Assembly (NCBI RefSeq): GCF_963668085.2
Contig: NZ_OY764057.2
Location: 1,335,980-1,359,979, forward strand
Source: an uncultured Ilyobacter sp.
Lineage (GTDB): Bacteria; Fusobacteriota; Fusobacteriia; Fusobacteriales; Fusobacteriaceae
Direction: 5' to 3'
DNA: 24,000 bases
Shown here: piece by piece, positions 1-9,153 of the stretch
How the letters are laid out: every line of letters starts with the position of its first letter
Numbering within the stretch: the first letter of the stretch is position 1
Translations under genes and position numbers: made by a program
Notes under the pieces: generated by a model
The model's input: the letters and a program-made list of their open reading frames with translations, nothing else
Database searches by the model: none
What the model was told of the DNA's origin: nothing

Positions 1-1426
1 CTTCTGAGGTCAGATAATTGATAAACTCCTCTAAATCATCTTTTTTATAATGTCTAAGGAGTCCGAAGGTAGAGAGCTTGTGTAGGTCCTTCCGCTCTAT
101 TTTTTTGTCCTTCTCCCCCATCAGTATCTTTGTAATGGTAAAGCCCCCGAGACTTCCCTTTACCCTTCCTATACAGGAAAGTATCTTTTGGGCATCTACA
201 GTGAGATCTACAACATCTGTTGCAACATGGCAGTTTTGACAGCTTCCGCAGTAATTTTTTATCCTTTTGTCTCCAAAATATTTCAGTATATATTCTCTCA
301 GACAGGTGTTTATAGATGCATAGTTTACCATGGCATCTAGTTTTTTCATTCTCTCTTTTTTCATCATGGTGCCCAGTTCTTCATTCATATCTATGAAATA
401 TTCCTGAGTTCCTACATCTTCCTCGTTATAGAGAAGAATACACTCTCCAGGAGCTCCGTCACGGCCTGCACGGCCTGCCTCCTGATAATAACTCTCTAGA
501 TCCCTGGGAATATTCCTGTGAATAACAAACCTTACATTAGACTTGTCTATTCCCATACCAAAAGCATTTGTAGCTATCATTACCCTAACTTCATCTTTCA
601 GAAATTTTTCCTGAAAATCCTTCCTTTCACTCTCTGAAAGGCCTGCATGGTATTTCCCAACGCTGAAAGATTTTATTCTGAGATAGCTATAGAGATGGTC
701 TACCTCTTTTCTTGTAGAGGCGTATATTATTCCCGGTTTTCTTCTGTTTCTTTCTAGATATTCTATTATATATTTTTCAGGATCTTCTCCCTTTTCCACA
801 TAAAAAGATAGATTACCCCTGTCGAAACCATCTACATAGGTCAAGGGATTTTTTAAACTTAACTTGTCTATTATATCCTCTCTGACTTTTGGCGTGGCTG
901 TAGCTGTAAAAGCCGCCACCTGAATATTTCTCTCTAAAGCCTCTATAAATTTCGGTATCTCAAGATAACTTTTCCTAAAGTCGTGTCCCCATTGCGAGAT
1001 GCAGTGGGCTTCATCTACAGCGATAAATGACACATCTACACTTTTCATCAGATTGATAAACTTTGGACTTAAAAGTCTTTCAGGAGCAAGATAGAGAATC
1101 TTAGTCTTTCCCATCCTTATCTCCCTCATAGTCTTTACAAACTCCTCTTTAGAAAGAGAAGAATTTACAAATGCTGCTGATATTCCAAGATTATTCAGTG
1201 TATCCACCTGATCTTTCATAAGAGATATAAGAGGAGACACCACGAGAGTTATCCCTTGAAACATAAGTGCAGGTATCTGATAGCATATAGATTTCCCTCC
1301 CCCAGTTGGCATTACAGCAAGGATATCTCTTTTCATAAGAATGCTTTTTACCACTTTTTCCTGACCGTATCTAAAGGAGTCGTACCCATATATATTTTTT
1401 AAAATTCTCCTTGCTTTTCCCAACAT
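1..1426 (-). CDS. recQ: ATP-dependent DNA helicase RecQ (partial; C-terminal end runs off the left edge of the window)
   Basis: Not in the ORF track because it is open at the window edge. Manual translation from ATG (1426..1424) gives MLGKARRILKNIYGYDSFRYGQEKVVKSILMKRDILAVMPTGGGKSICYQIPAL... (Walker A), then ...AVDEAHCISQWGHDFRKSYL (DEAH box with the RecQ signature). The frame stays open to position 1 (...LRHYKKDDLEEFINYLTSE). RBS AGAGGT lies upstream. Confidence 0.88.
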   Translation of the reverse strand, partial: MLGKARRILKNIYGYDSFRYGQEKVVKSILMKRDILAVMPTGGGKSICYQIPALMFQGITLVVSPLISLMKDQVDTLNNLGISAAFVNSSLSKEEFVKTMREIRMGKTKILYLAPERLLSPKFINLMKSVDVSFIAVDEAHCISQWGHDFRKSYLEIPKFIEALERNIQVAAFTATATPKVREDIIDKLSLKNPLTYVDGFDRGNLSFYVEKGEDPEKYIIEYLERNRRKPGIIYASTRKEVDHLYSYLRIKSFSVGKYHAGLSESERKDFQEKFLKDEVRVMIATNAFGMGIDKSNVRFVIHRNIPRDLESYYQEAGRAGRDGAPGECILLYNEEDVGTQEYFIDMNEELGTMMKKERMKKLDAMVNYASINTCLREYILKYFGDKRIKNYCGSCQNCHVATDVVDLTVDAQKILSCIGRVKGSLGGFTITKILMGEKDKKIERKDLHKLSTFGLLRHYKKDDLEEFINYLTSE

Positions 1427-1743
1427 TTTTTACCTCTTTTTATTTTCTTTATAATGAAATTATAACAAATATGCTGATAATTTCAACAATTAAAAATTCT
1501 ATCCTAGCTATATAAGTAATTTTATGGTTTCTAGGTCTTTTAAACAAAGAGCTTCTATTGATCTAAGTTGTCCACTTTGACAAAACATTATATCTATTGC
1601 CAAAACATAATTTTTTAGTCACAGATGACAAAAACAAATAAAAGGCTAAATTTATTTTAATTTTATTTTCTTTGAAAAAATAGTATAATCTATCTTTAGG
1701 AAAATTCAAATAAACCGATTAAAGGACAGGGTGCTTTCATAAG

Positions 1744-2607
1744 ATGAAAAAATTTAAAAAAGTATATGTGGAAATAACAAATATATGTAACTTAAGCTGT
1801 CATTTCTGCTCAAAGAGTAAAAGAAAACAGGAATATATGAAATTAGATTCTTTTGAAAGAATTCTAAATGAAATAAAGCCTTTTACAGATTATATCTATC
1901 TCCATGTAAAGGGGGAACCACTTTTACACCCTCAATTAGAAGAGTTTCTAGATTTGGCCCACAGCAGAGGATTCAGGGTTAACATCACAACTAACGGGTC
2001 ATTTATAGGGGGTATAGGGGAGAGTTTACTAACTAAACCAGCCCTGCGACAGATAAATTTTTCCTTACATAGTTTTGGTGAGAATCCAGAAAATATTCAT
2101 AAAAATAATTATCTCCGAGACATTTTGTTTTTTTCCAAAAAGGCTCTGAAAAACACTGATATCATAGTATCTCTGAGACTTTGGAACTACGATAAAAAAG
2201 TCAAAGATGAAACTCAGAAGGGAAATAATGAGATTCTTCAAATATTAGAAAAAGAATTCAAACTGGATTATAAGATCTCCCATATCCTAAATCCCGGAAA
2301 AGGTCTTAAAATAACCGACAGACTCTATTTGAATTCCGACTATCAATTCAAATGGCCAGATACAGATGATACCTATGAAGATGCAGCTGGATTCTGTTAT
2401 GGTATGAGGACCCATACTGCTATATTAGTTGACGGAACTGTAGTTCCCTGCTGCCTTGACGGTGAGGGGACTATAAATCTAGGAAATATTTTTAACGAGA
2501 GTTTTAGAAACATAATTAATAGCGAAAAGGCCAAGGCTATTTACAACGGTTTTTCCGAGAAAACCGCTGTAGAAAAACTTTGTAAAAAATGTCAGTTTAA
2601 AATCTGA
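1744..2607 (+). CDS. Radical SAM protein with a Cys-rich SPASM/twitch-like C-terminal domain; substrate unknown
   Basis: 287-aa ORF. N-terminal CNLSCHFC is the CxxxCxxC radical-SAM cluster motif. The C-terminus carries extra cysteines (FCYG...PCCLDGEG...CKKCQF). Confidence 0.8.
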   Translation: MKKFKKVYVEITNICNLSCHFCSKSKRKQEYMKLDSFERILNEIKPFTDYIYLHVKGEPLLHPQLEEFLDLAHSRGFRVNITTNGSFIGGIGESLLTKPALRQINFSLHSFGENPENIHKNNYLRDILFFSKKALKNTDIIVSLRLWNYDKKVKDETQKGNNEILQILEKEFKLDYKISHILNPGKGLKITDRLYLNSDYQFKWPDTDDTYEDAAGFCYGMRTHTAILVDGTVVPCCLDGEGTINLGNIFNESFRNIINSEKAKAIYNGFSEKTAVEKLCKKCQFKI

Positions 2608-2627
2608 GCCTCATAAAAAAAGGATAA

Positions 2628-2670
2628 AAGATCAGGCAGTGTATCTATTGTACACTGCCTGATCTTTTCC
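2628..2670. terminator. Bidirectional rho-independent terminator between convergent genes
   Basis: Perfect 16-bp inverted repeat AAGATCAGGCAGTGTA (2628-2643) / TACACTGCCTGATCTT (2651-2666) with a 7-nt loop. An A-run lies upstream and a T-run downstream, so a U-tract is available on both strands. Confidence 0.8.
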
Positions 2671-2680
2671 TCATAAGCCT

Positions 2681-5600
2681 CTATACCGCATCTTCCTCGG
2701 CTTTTTCAGATTTTTTAAATCTTTTCTTAAGTTTTTCACTAGCTCCCATAATTATTATATAAAATACCGGAACAAAGAATATTAATAGTAGTGTTGCAGA
2801 AAGCATCCCTCCTGCAGTGGCAGTACCTAGCGACCGACGACTTTCCGCTCCTGCTCCTGTTGCATAGGTCAGAGGTAAAACTCCCAATATAAATGTAAAT
2901 GCTGTCATCAATATAGGTCTGAATCTCAGACGAGAAGCCTCAAGTGCTGATTCAACAAGAGACATCCCTGAGTTGCTCTCCTCTTTGGCAAATTCAGATA
3001 TCAAAATAGCAGTCTTACAGGTCATGGCTATGAGAAGCACGATACCTAGCTGAGTATAGACGTTGACATCCATCTGTCTTATTGACAAAGCTGTAACTGT
3101 CCCCAAAACAGCTAGGGGAACAGTTAAAACAATTGTAAGTGGAAGAGTCCAGCTTTCATACTGGGCACATAATACAAGATATACAAACAACACTGCCAGT
3201 CCAAATATAAATATTATATTCCCTTCAGCGGCCTTTTCCTGATAGGACATCCCTGTCCATTCAAACCCCATGGAAGAAGGAAGATTTTCATTAGCAAGCT
3301 CCTCCATTATCAGCATTGCTTCTCCGGAACTTGTAAAACCAGCACCTTGTCCGCTTATACTTGCTGAAGGATACATATTATACCTCGTGATAATCTGAGG
3401 ACCTACAGCCTCTTCTACAGAGAGAACTGTACCCATGGGTACCATTTCGCCTTTCTCATTACGCACTTCTAGTTTTTTTATATCTTCAGCTGTTGCTCTG
3501 TAGTCAGCACTGGCTTGGGCTCTTACCTGATAATTACGTCCAAACTGATTAAAGTCATTGACATATGTAGAACCTAAATTTCCCTGAAGAGTGTTAAATA
3601 TATTAGACAGAGGTATTTTCAATGTTTTAGCCTGTGTTCTGTCTAAAACCGTTAATAGCTGGGGTACATTAGCTCTGTAAGTACTGTATACCCTTGTGAG
3701 CTTAGACTGTGAATTTGCATTCATAACTATATTCTGTACTGCCTTTTCCAAGTTTGCAGATCCAGCACTGGCTCTGTCCTGTACTTGCATCTGAAAACCT
3801 CCGGCATTTCCAAGACCTCTTATTGGTGGAGGAGTAAATACCAGAATTCTGGCTTCTTGAATATCACTTATACTTTTAGATACTTCACCCATAATTTTAT
3901 CCATACTAAGCCCGGATTTTTTACGCTCTTCCCAAGGTTTAAAGACTAACCAAAAGGCGGCATTGTTTGAAGCTGCAGCTCCATCCATAATAGAATATCC
4001 TGAGATAGCTATTCTATTTTCAAGGCCTTCTACTTTTTCTAGACGTTTGGTAATCTTATCTACAACTTCCTTGGTTCTAGTAAGAGAGGCGGCATCAGGA
4101 AGTTGTACATTTATCATGGCATAACCCAAATCTTCCTTTGGAACGAATCCCTTTGGAAGAGAATCATATTTCCAGAATACTCCTAAAGTCATGATTATAA
4201 AAGCCAGTATCATAACTGCCCCACGCCTTACAACAGAGGTGAGAATTCTTGCATACCCCTTCTGAGTTCTACCAAAAGCTGAATTAAATGCCCTTGTAAA
4301 TATATTGTGTTTTTTATTCGGGTTCTTTGGTCTCAAGAAGATCGCACATAAGGCTGGACTCAAAGTAAGTGCATTTATAGAACTAAATATAGTTGCTGTT
4401 GCTATGGTAAGTGCAAACTGTCGGTAAAGCTGCCCTGTAATACCGCCTAGAAATGCCGTAGGAATAAAAACAGACAGCAAAACCAAAGTTGTAGCTATTA
4501 CCGGTCCGGTTATCTCTTCCATCGCCTTTATAGCAGCATCACGAGGTGCAAGATTATTCTCATCTATATTTCTTACAGCGTTCTCAACCACTATTATGGC
4601 ATCATCTACGACTATACCTATAGCCAATACCAGACCGAATAGTGATAGTGTATTTATACTTACCCCCAAGACAGCCATTACTGCAAAGGTACCGATTAGC
4701 GATACTGGAATTGCCACTGTTGGTATCAGAGTAGCCCTCCAGTCTTCAAGAAATAAAAGAATAGTCAAAAAAACTAATATAACAGATATAAAAAGTGTTT
4801 CGATTACTTCATCTATTGAAGACTTTACAAAAGTCGTTGTATCAAAGGGAATGCTAGCCTTCATCCCATCAGGAAATTTTTGGCTTAATTCATCAATTTT
4901 TCCTTTTACCCCCTCTGCTACCTTTAGGGCATTAGCTTCTGGCTGAAGGAATACAGCTATGGCAGCTGAAGGCTGACCATTGAGTTGGTTAGATATGTTG
5001 TAACTCTGAGACCCAAGCTCCACCTTTGCTATGTCTCTGACTCTTATCATTCCCCCGTCATTTGTTGTTTTAACTATGATATTTTCAAATTCTTCTGTAC
5101 TGTTTAATTTACCCCTCATATTTACAGTAAACTGGAAGTTTTGATCCACAGGCGATGGTTCCTGTCCAACCTGACCTGCTGCCACCTGGATATTTTGTTC
5201 TCTGACAGCATTTACTACATCTGTACTTGTGAGGCCTCTTGCCTTAAGCTTATCAGGATATAACCATATCCTCATACTATAGTCACCGGCACCAAAGACT
5301 GTTATACCACCTACACCCTTTATTCTAGAAAGTTCATCTTTTATATTAAGTGTCGCATAGTTACTCAGAAAAAGGTTGTCATGCATTGGATTTTCTGAGG
5401 TAAGACTGGCAAATAGTAGTATATTTGAAGACCTTTTTTCTGTGGTTACTCCCTGACGCTGAACCTCTTCAGGTAAGGAAGATAAGGCTTGAGATACACG
5501 GTTTTGGACTAGGTTTTGTGCCACGTCCATATCTGTCCCAACCTCAAAGGTAACACTCAGTGAATACTCTCCACTATTAGAACTGTTACTAGACATGTAA

Positions 5601-5830
5601 ATCATATTCTCTACTCCGTTGACCTCTCCCTCTATAGGCTGGGCCACAGTGAGTGATATAGTCTCTGCATTTGCTCCTGGATAGACTGCCGATACTTGTA
5701 CTGTTGGGGGAGCTATTTCTGGATACTGGGCTACTGGAAGAGATTTCATAGTCACCAGTCCTGCAATGACTATTACAATTGATATAACTCCGGCAAAAAT
5801 GGGACGTTTTATAAAAAATTTACTAAACAT
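2681..5830 (-). CDS. RND multidrug efflux permease, AcrB/MexB (HAE1) family
   Basis: 1049-aa ORF with the typical N-terminus MFSKFFIKRPIFA. It has two large periplasmic loops and about 12 TM segments. It lies last in an operon behind OMF and MFP genes. Confidence 0.92.
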   Translation of the reverse strand: MFSKFFIKRPIFAGVISIVIVIAGLVTMKSLPVAQYPEIAPPTVQVSAVYPGANAETISLTVAQPIEGEVNGVENMIYMSSNSSNSGEYSLSVTFEVGTDMDVAQNLVQNRVSQALSSLPEEVQRQGVTTEKRSSNILLFASLTSENPMHDNLFLSNYATLNIKDELSRIKGVGGITVFGAGDYSMRIWLYPDKLKARGLTSTDVVNAVREQNIQVAAGQVGQEPSPVDQNFQFTVNMRGKLNSTEEFENIIVKTTNDGGMIRVRDIAKVELGSQSYNISNQLNGQPSAAIAVFLQPEANALKVAEGVKGKIDELSQKFPDGMKASIPFDTTTFVKSSIDEVIETLFISVILVFLTILLFLEDWRATLIPTVAIPVSLIGTFAVMAVLGVSINTLSLFGLVLAIGIVVDDAIIVVENAVRNIDENNLAPRDAAIKAMEEITGPVIATTLVLLSVFIPTAFLGGITGQLYRQFALTIATATIFSSINALTLSPALCAIFLRPKNPNKKHNIFTRAFNSAFGRTQKGYARILTSVVRRGAVMILAFIIMTLGVFWKYDSLPKGFVPKEDLGYAMINVQLPDAASLTRTKEVVDKITKRLEKVEGLENRIAISGYSIMDGAAASNNAAFWLVFKPWEERKKSGLSMDKIMGEVSKSISDIQEARILVFTPPPIRGLGNAGGFQMQVQDRASAGSANLEKAVQNIVMNANSQSKLTRVYSTYRANVPQLLTVLDRTQAKTLKIPLSNIFNTLQGNLGSTYVNDFNQFGRNYQVRAQASADYRATAEDIKKLEVRNEKGEMVPMGTVLSVEEAVGPQIITRYNMYPSASISGQGAGFTSSGEAMLIMEELANENLPSSMGFEWTGMSYQEKAAEGNIIFIFGLAVLFVYLVLCAQYESWTLPLTIVLTVPLAVLGTVTALSIRQMDVNVYTQLGIVLLIAMTCKTAILISEFAKEESNSGMSLVESALEASRLRFRPILMTAFTFILGVLPLTYATGAGAESRRSLGTATAGGMLSATLLLIFFVPVFYIIIMGASEKLKKRFKKSEKAEEDAV

Positions 5831-5851
5831 TATTTATTCCTCCTAAATAGA

Positions 5852-6997
5852 TTAATTTTCCGTTTTAGGACTTTTATTTTCTGAGTTTTCTTCATCTATA
5901 GGAGAAACTTCACGTCCTGGATAAGCCATCTGGATACCTTTTACAATTATGTTATCACTTGGCTCTATTCCTGATTTTATAACCCTCATTCCATTTATGA
6001 GATCTCCGATCTCAACATGTTTATACTCGACAATATTTTCATTATTTACAGCTAATAAATAATACCCCTGTTGATCCCTTCCAACTATTTGATCTGGTAC
6101 AAGAAGGGCATTTTCTATGGTTTTTTCAGATATTTTAATGTTGGCAAACATTCCAGGTAGAATATCTTTTTTACTGTTTTCAAAGACAGCCCTTACCTGT
6201 ATATTTCCAGTTCCTGGATTTACCCTGTTATTTATATAGTCTATTTTTCCCTTATGAGAAAAATCCTTATTTAAAAGTCCTAAATATATTTCAGTGGAAT
6301 CGGCCCGACTGTTTAATAAGTCAGATTCAATAATATCTCTTTCATTTACGTTAAAATATACATAGATAGAGTCATCTTTTATAATAGTTGCAAGGAGGGT
6401 ATTTTCTCCGGCTCCTATTAGGTTTCCTGCGTCTACAAGATTTCTATCTATACGTCCGCTTATAGGTGCATGTATTGTTGTATAAGACAAATTAAGCTCT
6501 GCTGTTTCTACTGCAGCTTTTGCAGATTCTATTGCAGCTTTTGCCACCTCTACGTCAGCTCTTGCCTGAATAACACTTACTTCACTTACAGCACGCTCTT
6601 TATAAGCCATTTCCATTCTCTGAAAAGTTGCTTCGGCAGCCTTGAGTTTTGATATTTCTATTGCAAGTTGTGCCTTGGCTTCACCAAGTTTTGCATTATA
6701 AGGACGCTGATCTATAACAAATAGCAGGTCACCTTTTTTTACAAAAGAACCTGGCTTAAACATTACCTTTTCTAAATACCCCTCTACTCGGGGTCTTATC
6801 TCTACAGAATCCATAGCCTCAGTAAGTCCCGTAAATTCCAAATAATTTGTAACATTTTTCTGTACAGGCTTGCTCACTGTCACCTTAGATGGAGGTGGCG
6901 GAGAGTAGGTATTTTCCTTCTCGCATCCTGTAAAAAGTGTTCCCATAATGAGAATTGTAAAAATCAGGGTGTAAATTTTTCTATTTTTAGACTCCAT
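5852..6997 (-). CDS. Efflux RND periplasmic adaptor (membrane fusion protein, AcrA/HlyD family), lipoprotein
   Basis: 381-aa ORF with lipobox LFTGC, a coiled-coil hairpin region (AKAQLAIEISKLKAAEA...VEVAKAAIESAKAAVETAELNLSYT) and beta-barrel motifs (TIHAPISGRI). Confidence 0.88.
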   Translation of the reverse strand: MESKNRKIYTLIFTILIMGTLFTGCEKENTYSPPPPSKVTVSKPVQKNVTNYLEFTGLTEAMDSVEIRPRVEGYLEKVMFKPGSFVKKGDLLFVIDQRPYNAKLGEAKAQLAIEISKLKAAEATFQRMEMAYKERAVSEVSVIQARADVEVAKAAIESAKAAVETAELNLSYTTIHAPISGRIDRNLVDAGNLIGAGENTLLATIIKDDSIYVYFNVNERDIIESDLLNSRADSTEIYLGLLNKDFSHKGKIDYINNRVNPGTGNIQVRAVFENSKKDILPGMFANIKISEKTIENALLVPDQIVGRDQQGYYLLAVNNENIVEYKHVEIGDLINGMRVIKSGIEPSDNIIVKGIQMAYPGREVSPIDEENSENKSPKTEN

Positions 6998-7037
6998 ATA
7001 AATGCTCCTTTTAAATTATATTTTTAATTTTTAGAAT

Positions 7038-8495
7038 TTATTTCTGAGTTTTTACGATAGAATCAGGGTCCCATCCTCCACCTAGAGCTGCATAAAGACG
7101 TACAAAGTTTTCTGCACTGTCTCCTCTAGCTTGGGCTAATCTGTCTTCAGAAGTAAACTGACTTAGTTGAGAATTTAAAACATTTTCAAAATCTACAAGC
7201 CCCTGTTTATAGAGGTTAAGAGAAAGCTCCACTGTTTTTTTAGATGCTTTCACTGTCTTTTCCAAATGTTTTAGACGCATACTGTCTTCTGTATATGCTG
7301 TCATTGTATTCTCCGCTTCATTTAATGCATTAAGTACTGTGCTCTCATACTGAATAGCCTTTTGACGTACAATTGCATCCTGCACATCGATTTGATTTAA
7401 TATACTTCCCCCGGAAAATATATTCCATCTCAAAGAAGGCCCTATTGAAAAATAATTTCCTCCTGAACTAAATAAATTTCCACTTGATACTGATTGATAT
7501 CCAAATGATCCAGAAAGAGAAAACTGCGGATAAAGGTCTGCCTTGGCAATACCTACACGAGCTGTTTCTACTGCTAATTGACGCTCTGCACTTCTGATGT
7601 CAGGACGTTGTCTCAAAATGTCTGCAGGAACCCCTATAGCCGCATCTGCAGGAGGCACAGGTATAGCTTTTTTTTCAGACATCAACTGATTCAGTTCTCC
7701 AGGATTTCGTCCTAGTAAAACAGCCATGGTGTTTATAGCTTCTGACAATTGTATTCTAAGAGGTGGCACAGTAGCTTCTGAACTGGCAAGAGCCTGTTCT
7801 GCCTGGGCTACTTCTAAGGCTGTAGCCAACCCATACTTAAATCTTGCTTCTGTTATCCTCAAAACTTCTCTCTGAAGTTCAATATTTGAATTTGAAGCCT
7901 CTAGCCTAGCCTGATAAGTTCTTATTTTTATATAGTTAAGGGCTATTCTGGAATTAATTGATATTATTACGTCATTTTTATCTTCCTGGGCCACTTCATA
8001 ATTGGCTTTGGCAGCCTCTATACTCCGCCTCACACGACCAAAAAGGTCTATCTCCCAGCCAGCTTCAAGCCCAAGTCCTTTATAAGTATTTGTGGCACCA
8101 GTATAACCTGCATTTTCACTGGTCTTTTGTCTCAGAAGATCCCCTTCTACAGACAAGCTTGGGACTCTGTTACCAGTTACTACACCTAGTCTAGAACGGT
8201 ATTCATCTACACGTGCCAAGGCCTCTTTTAAGTCTAGGTTACTACCTGAGGCTTCTTTTATGAGTTCATCTAACATGGGATCATCAAATAACTTCCACCA
8301 CTGTTCAGACAACCTATTTTCATTATTAAAATTTACTTTCTTTTCTCCGTTCCATTTTTCCGGTACTTTTACCTTTGGCGAGACATAGTCAGGTCCCACA
8401 GCAGTACATCCAGTGAAAACCAGTACAGCTGACAAGGTCAGGGCTGCAGGTATTTTTTTTAATCTCAGCTTTTCTTTTCCCCTCATTCTTTTCAA
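7038..8495 (-). CDS. Efflux outer-membrane factor lipoprotein, NodT/OprM/TolC family
   Basis: 485-aa ORF with lipobox VFTGC followed by TAVGPDYVSP, typical of the NodT family. C-terminus is LYAALGGGW. The track start is TTG at 8495. ATG at 8486 (MRGKEKL...), preceded by GGAG, is the more likely start. Confidence 0.88.
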   Translation of the reverse strand: MKRMRGKEKLRLKKIPAALTLSAVLVFTGCTAVGPDYVSPKVKVPEKWNGEKKVNFNNENRLSEQWWKLFDDPMLDELIKEASGSNLDLKEALARVDEYRSRLGVVTGNRVPSLSVEGDLLRQKTSENAGYTGATNTYKGLGLEAGWEIDLFGRVRRSIEAAKANYEVAQEDKNDVIISINSRIALNYIKIRTYQARLEASNSNIELQREVLRITEARFKYGLATALEVAQAEQALASSEATVPPLRIQLSEAINTMAVLLGRNPGELNQLMSEKKAIPVPPADAAIGVPADILRQRPDIRSAERQLAVETARVGIAKADLYPQFSLSGSFGYQSVSSGNLFSSGGNYFSIGPSLRWNIFSGGSILNQIDVQDAIVRQKAIQYESTVLNALNEAENTMTAYTEDSMRLKHLEKTVKASKKTVELSLNLYKQGLVDFENVLNSQLSQFTSEDRLAQARGDSAENFVRLYAALGGGWDPDSIVKTQK

Positions 8496-8543
8496 CTCCG
8501 ATATTTTAATTTTTTATCTATTCAAATTTTTTGCAAGCTAAAT

Positions 8544-8562
8544 TTAGTTAATTTTTAACTAA
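8544..8562. promoter_or_regulatory. Palindrome TTAGTTAA-ttt-TTAACTAA between the marR stop and the OMF start; candidate MarR operator
   Basis: Perfect 8-bp arms read directly from the sequence. It shares the half-site TTAGTT/AACTAA with the palindrome at 9027..9041. Confidence 0.35.
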
Positions 8563-8582
8563 CTATTTTTATGAAAATATCT

Positions 8583-9002
8583 TTAACTAAACAGTTTTCT
8601 AAATATTTTTATAAAATTACTTATTTCCTCATCTGTAAGTGAATCTAATCTTTCTTTTGCAAACTTTTCTGCAGATAGCTCCTTTAACCTCACTATATTT
8701 TTACCTTTTTCAGTAAGTTTTATGTAAAAAACCCTTTTATCTAGTTCACTTTGCTCTCTGTAAACACATTCAAACTTCGTAAGTTTATTGATTATTTCAG
8801 TTACAGAAGGCTTGGTTATGTTGAGAATCTCTGAAAGTTCACTTGATGTCATTTCAGGGTTTTTATCTATCAAACTTAGATAATGAAATTGTTTTATCTG
8901 CATATCATAAGATCCTAGTTCCTTAGAAGTTTCAATACTAAACTTAGAAAGTTCATTATAAAATTTTATTATCAGACTTGTTAACTCTTCTTTTTTATAC
9001 AT
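8583..9002 (-). CDS. MarR-family transcriptional regulator (first gene of the efflux operon)
   Basis: 139-aa ORF with a winged-HTH core (LSLIDKNPEMTSSELSEILNITKPSVTEIINKLTKFECVYREQSELDKRVFYIKLTEKG). It sits directly upstream of the OMF-MFP-RND genes. Confidence 0.75.
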   Translation of the reverse strand: MYKKEELTSLIIKFYNELSKFSIETSKELGSYDMQIKQFHYLSLIDKNPEMTSSELSEILNITKPSVTEIINKLTKFECVYREQSELDKRVFYIKLTEKGKNIVRLKELSAEKFAKERLDSLTDEEISNFIKIFRKLFS

Positions 9003-9026
9003 AAAAAACCTCTTTTGAAAATTTTG

Positions 9027-9041
9027 TTAGTTTCAAACTAA
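9027..9041. promoter_or_regulatory. Palindrome TTAGTTTcAAACTAA in the marR 5' UTR; candidate autoregulatory operator
   Basis: Perfect 7-bp arms around a single central base. It lies between the predicted -10 (9051-9056) and the marR RBS. Confidence 0.35.
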
Positions 9042-9050
9042 ATAAATTAA

Positions 9051-9079
9051 AGATTATCACTTTTAAATAGGCATGTCAA
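9051..9079 (-). promoter_or_regulatory. Sigma-70-type promoter of the marR-efflux operon
   Basis: The minus strand reads TTGACA (9079-9074), a 17-nt spacer, then TAATCT (9056-9051). It lies about 50 nt upstream of the marR ATG. Confidence 0.5.
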
Positions 9080-9089
9080 ACTGTTTTGC

Positions 9090-9133
9090 AAAAAAAAGGT
9101 CCGGAACCTGCCAAACACAGGAAACGAACCTTT
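9090..9133 (-). terminator. Rho-independent terminator of the PTS operon
   Basis: The minus strand reads AAAGGTTCG-TTTCCTGTGTTTGGCAGG-TTCCGGACCTTTTTTTT. This is a long interrupted hairpin followed by a T8 run, 20 nt after the EIICB stop. Confidence 0.75.
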
Positions 9134-9153
9134 AAAATTTTTCCTATTAAAAT

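Noticed and set aside
1427-1743. Small ORFs upstream of the radical SAM gene as possible RiPP precursor peptides (MLIISTIKNSILAI, MVSRSFKQRASIDLSCPL, MTKTNKRLNLF).
   Set aside because: None has a Shine-Dalgarno sequence at a sensible distance, and the sequences look like random AT-rich translation. No supporting maturation or export genes are nearby.
4596-4946. Antisense or shadow ORFs in the track that lie inside larger genes: 4596-4946, 6470-6652, 7958-8194, 9263-9487, 9614-9889, 10343-10915, 13001-13228, 13272-13640, 13526-13723, 14104-14295, 14405-15049, 14730-14912, 16355-16546, 17945-18265, 18958-19269, 19042-19482, 20374-20664, 22418-22657 and 23072-23254.
   Set aside because: Each lies wholly or mostly opposite to, or out of frame within, a long ORF with a clear family assignment. 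Their translations are low-complexity (Ser/Thr/Pro/Phe/Cys-rich), typical of the reverse frame of AT-rich genes. None has a convincing RBS.
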